This document shows, one piece after another, positions 63,118 through 64,000 of a DNA stretch of 64,000 bases (its first letter is position 1; the number at the start of each line of letters is the position of its first letter). Below the pieces are notes generated by a model. It worked only from the letters and a program-made list of their open reading frames with translations. It was not told the origin of the DNA and made no database searches. A program made the translations under genes and the position numbers. The stretch lies in NCBI GenBank assembly GCA_951804945.1, contig OX638156.1, positions 26,040,001-26,104,000 of the forward strand, read 5' to 3'. The DNA is from Podarcis cretensis. Taxonomy: Eukaryota.

Positions 63118-63473
63118 GGGAGCTGGGTGGCGCTGTGGGTTAAACCACAGAACCTAGGGCTTGCCGATCAGAAGGTCAGCGGTTCGAATCCCAGTGTTGG
63201 GGTGAGCTCCCGTTGCTCGGTCCCTGCTCCTGCCAACCTAGCAGTTCGAAAGCACGTCAAAGTGCAAGTAGATAAATAGGTACCGCTCTGGCGGGAAGGT
63301 AAAAGGCGTTTCCGTGCACTGCTCTGGTTTGCCAGAAGTGGCTTAGTCATGCTGGCCACATGACCTGGAAGCTGTATGCCGGCTCCCTTGGCCAATAAAG
63401 CGAGATGAGCGCCGCAACCCCAGAGTCGGTCACGACTCGACCTAATGGTCAGGGGTCCCTTTACCTTTACCTT
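63118..63473 (+). mobile_element. Sauria-type SINE (subfamily 'A'), full length
   Basis: TSD TAT(T/C)AACCACTT (63105-63116, 63474-63485); (TTTACC)n tail. Confidence 0.92.
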
Positions 63474-64000
63474 TATCAACCACTTGCAACCAAGTGAAGA
63501 TGCCTGGGCACCAGGATGGCACCTGACATCTCCACCATCTGGAGGTGCATGCCTGGAGATCACTGGATCTTGACTGTTTTCACACACTAGCAACACAGCC
63601 TGCAGAATTCTATCTGTTATATTTTATCTGCACAATCAGAATGAATTTCAGGAACCAAGAAGTCACATTGAGAAATACAACTTTCAAGCTGTCAGCCCCA
63701 ACAATAACAACTAGGCATTCCATTTTGGGGACTGGTTTAAGGAGTTATATGACACCTAGCTTATATATCTGAGTTTGTAAATGTGAATATGCACACGCTG
63801 CAAGTTACCTGTACACTGTACAGCAGACAGGTGAGCTTTCATTGTTGAGTGGGGCATAGGTCTTGGCTTGAGAATAGGCATGTTTACAAATGTTTCGACT
63901 GAACAATGCTAGAATGCTTGCAAGAACTTCCAGATCTTTGAAAGTAGGAAAGCGAAGTCTTTCTTCTGAGATGGCAACAAAATGCAAGGGTGTGGCCCCA

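Noticed and set aside
1-64000. Most ORFs in the six-frame track as genes; any prokaryote-type system (CRISPR, operon)
   Set aside because: The ORFs are short, overlapping, often non-ATG frames in intronic or repeat DNA with no recognisable domains. There is no repeat-spacer array; the dispersed palindromes are MITEs.
49726-64000. ASAP3 exon 2 and later exons
   Set aside because: No BAR-domain-like coding segment with splice sites recognised; intron 1 appears to extend beyond the window.

Overview
Vertebrate genomic DNA, almost certainly from a squamate and probably a lacertid lizard (inferred from the abundant Sauria-type SINEs plus BovB, CR1, L2 and L1 fragments). The window holds exons 2-7 of E2F2 on the + strand (23047-32403). 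They splice into a 996-nt in-frame partial CDS that includes a U12-type AT-AC intron; exon 1 lies upstream of the window. A ~4.6-kb candidate 3'UTR follows, then a CpG island with the first coding exon of ASAP3 (+, 49600-49725), the same E2F2-ASAP3 order as in mammals. The rest is intron or intergenic DNA dense in transposons, many with readable target-site duplications (TSDs). I found no new protein-coding or defence-type system. The best leads are: (1) a probable BovB/Sauria-SINE template-switch chimera inside a four-layer nest; (2) compensatory base-pair changes between SINE subfamilies that point to conserved RNA stems; (3) a 138-bp inverted templated duplication between two neighbouring SINEs; (4) tRNA-Lys- and tRNA-Ile-headed SINEs sharing one CR1 tail; (5) a KLF1/GATA1/RUNX motif cluster in E2F2 intron 1. 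Repeat family names come from pattern recognition, not database searches.
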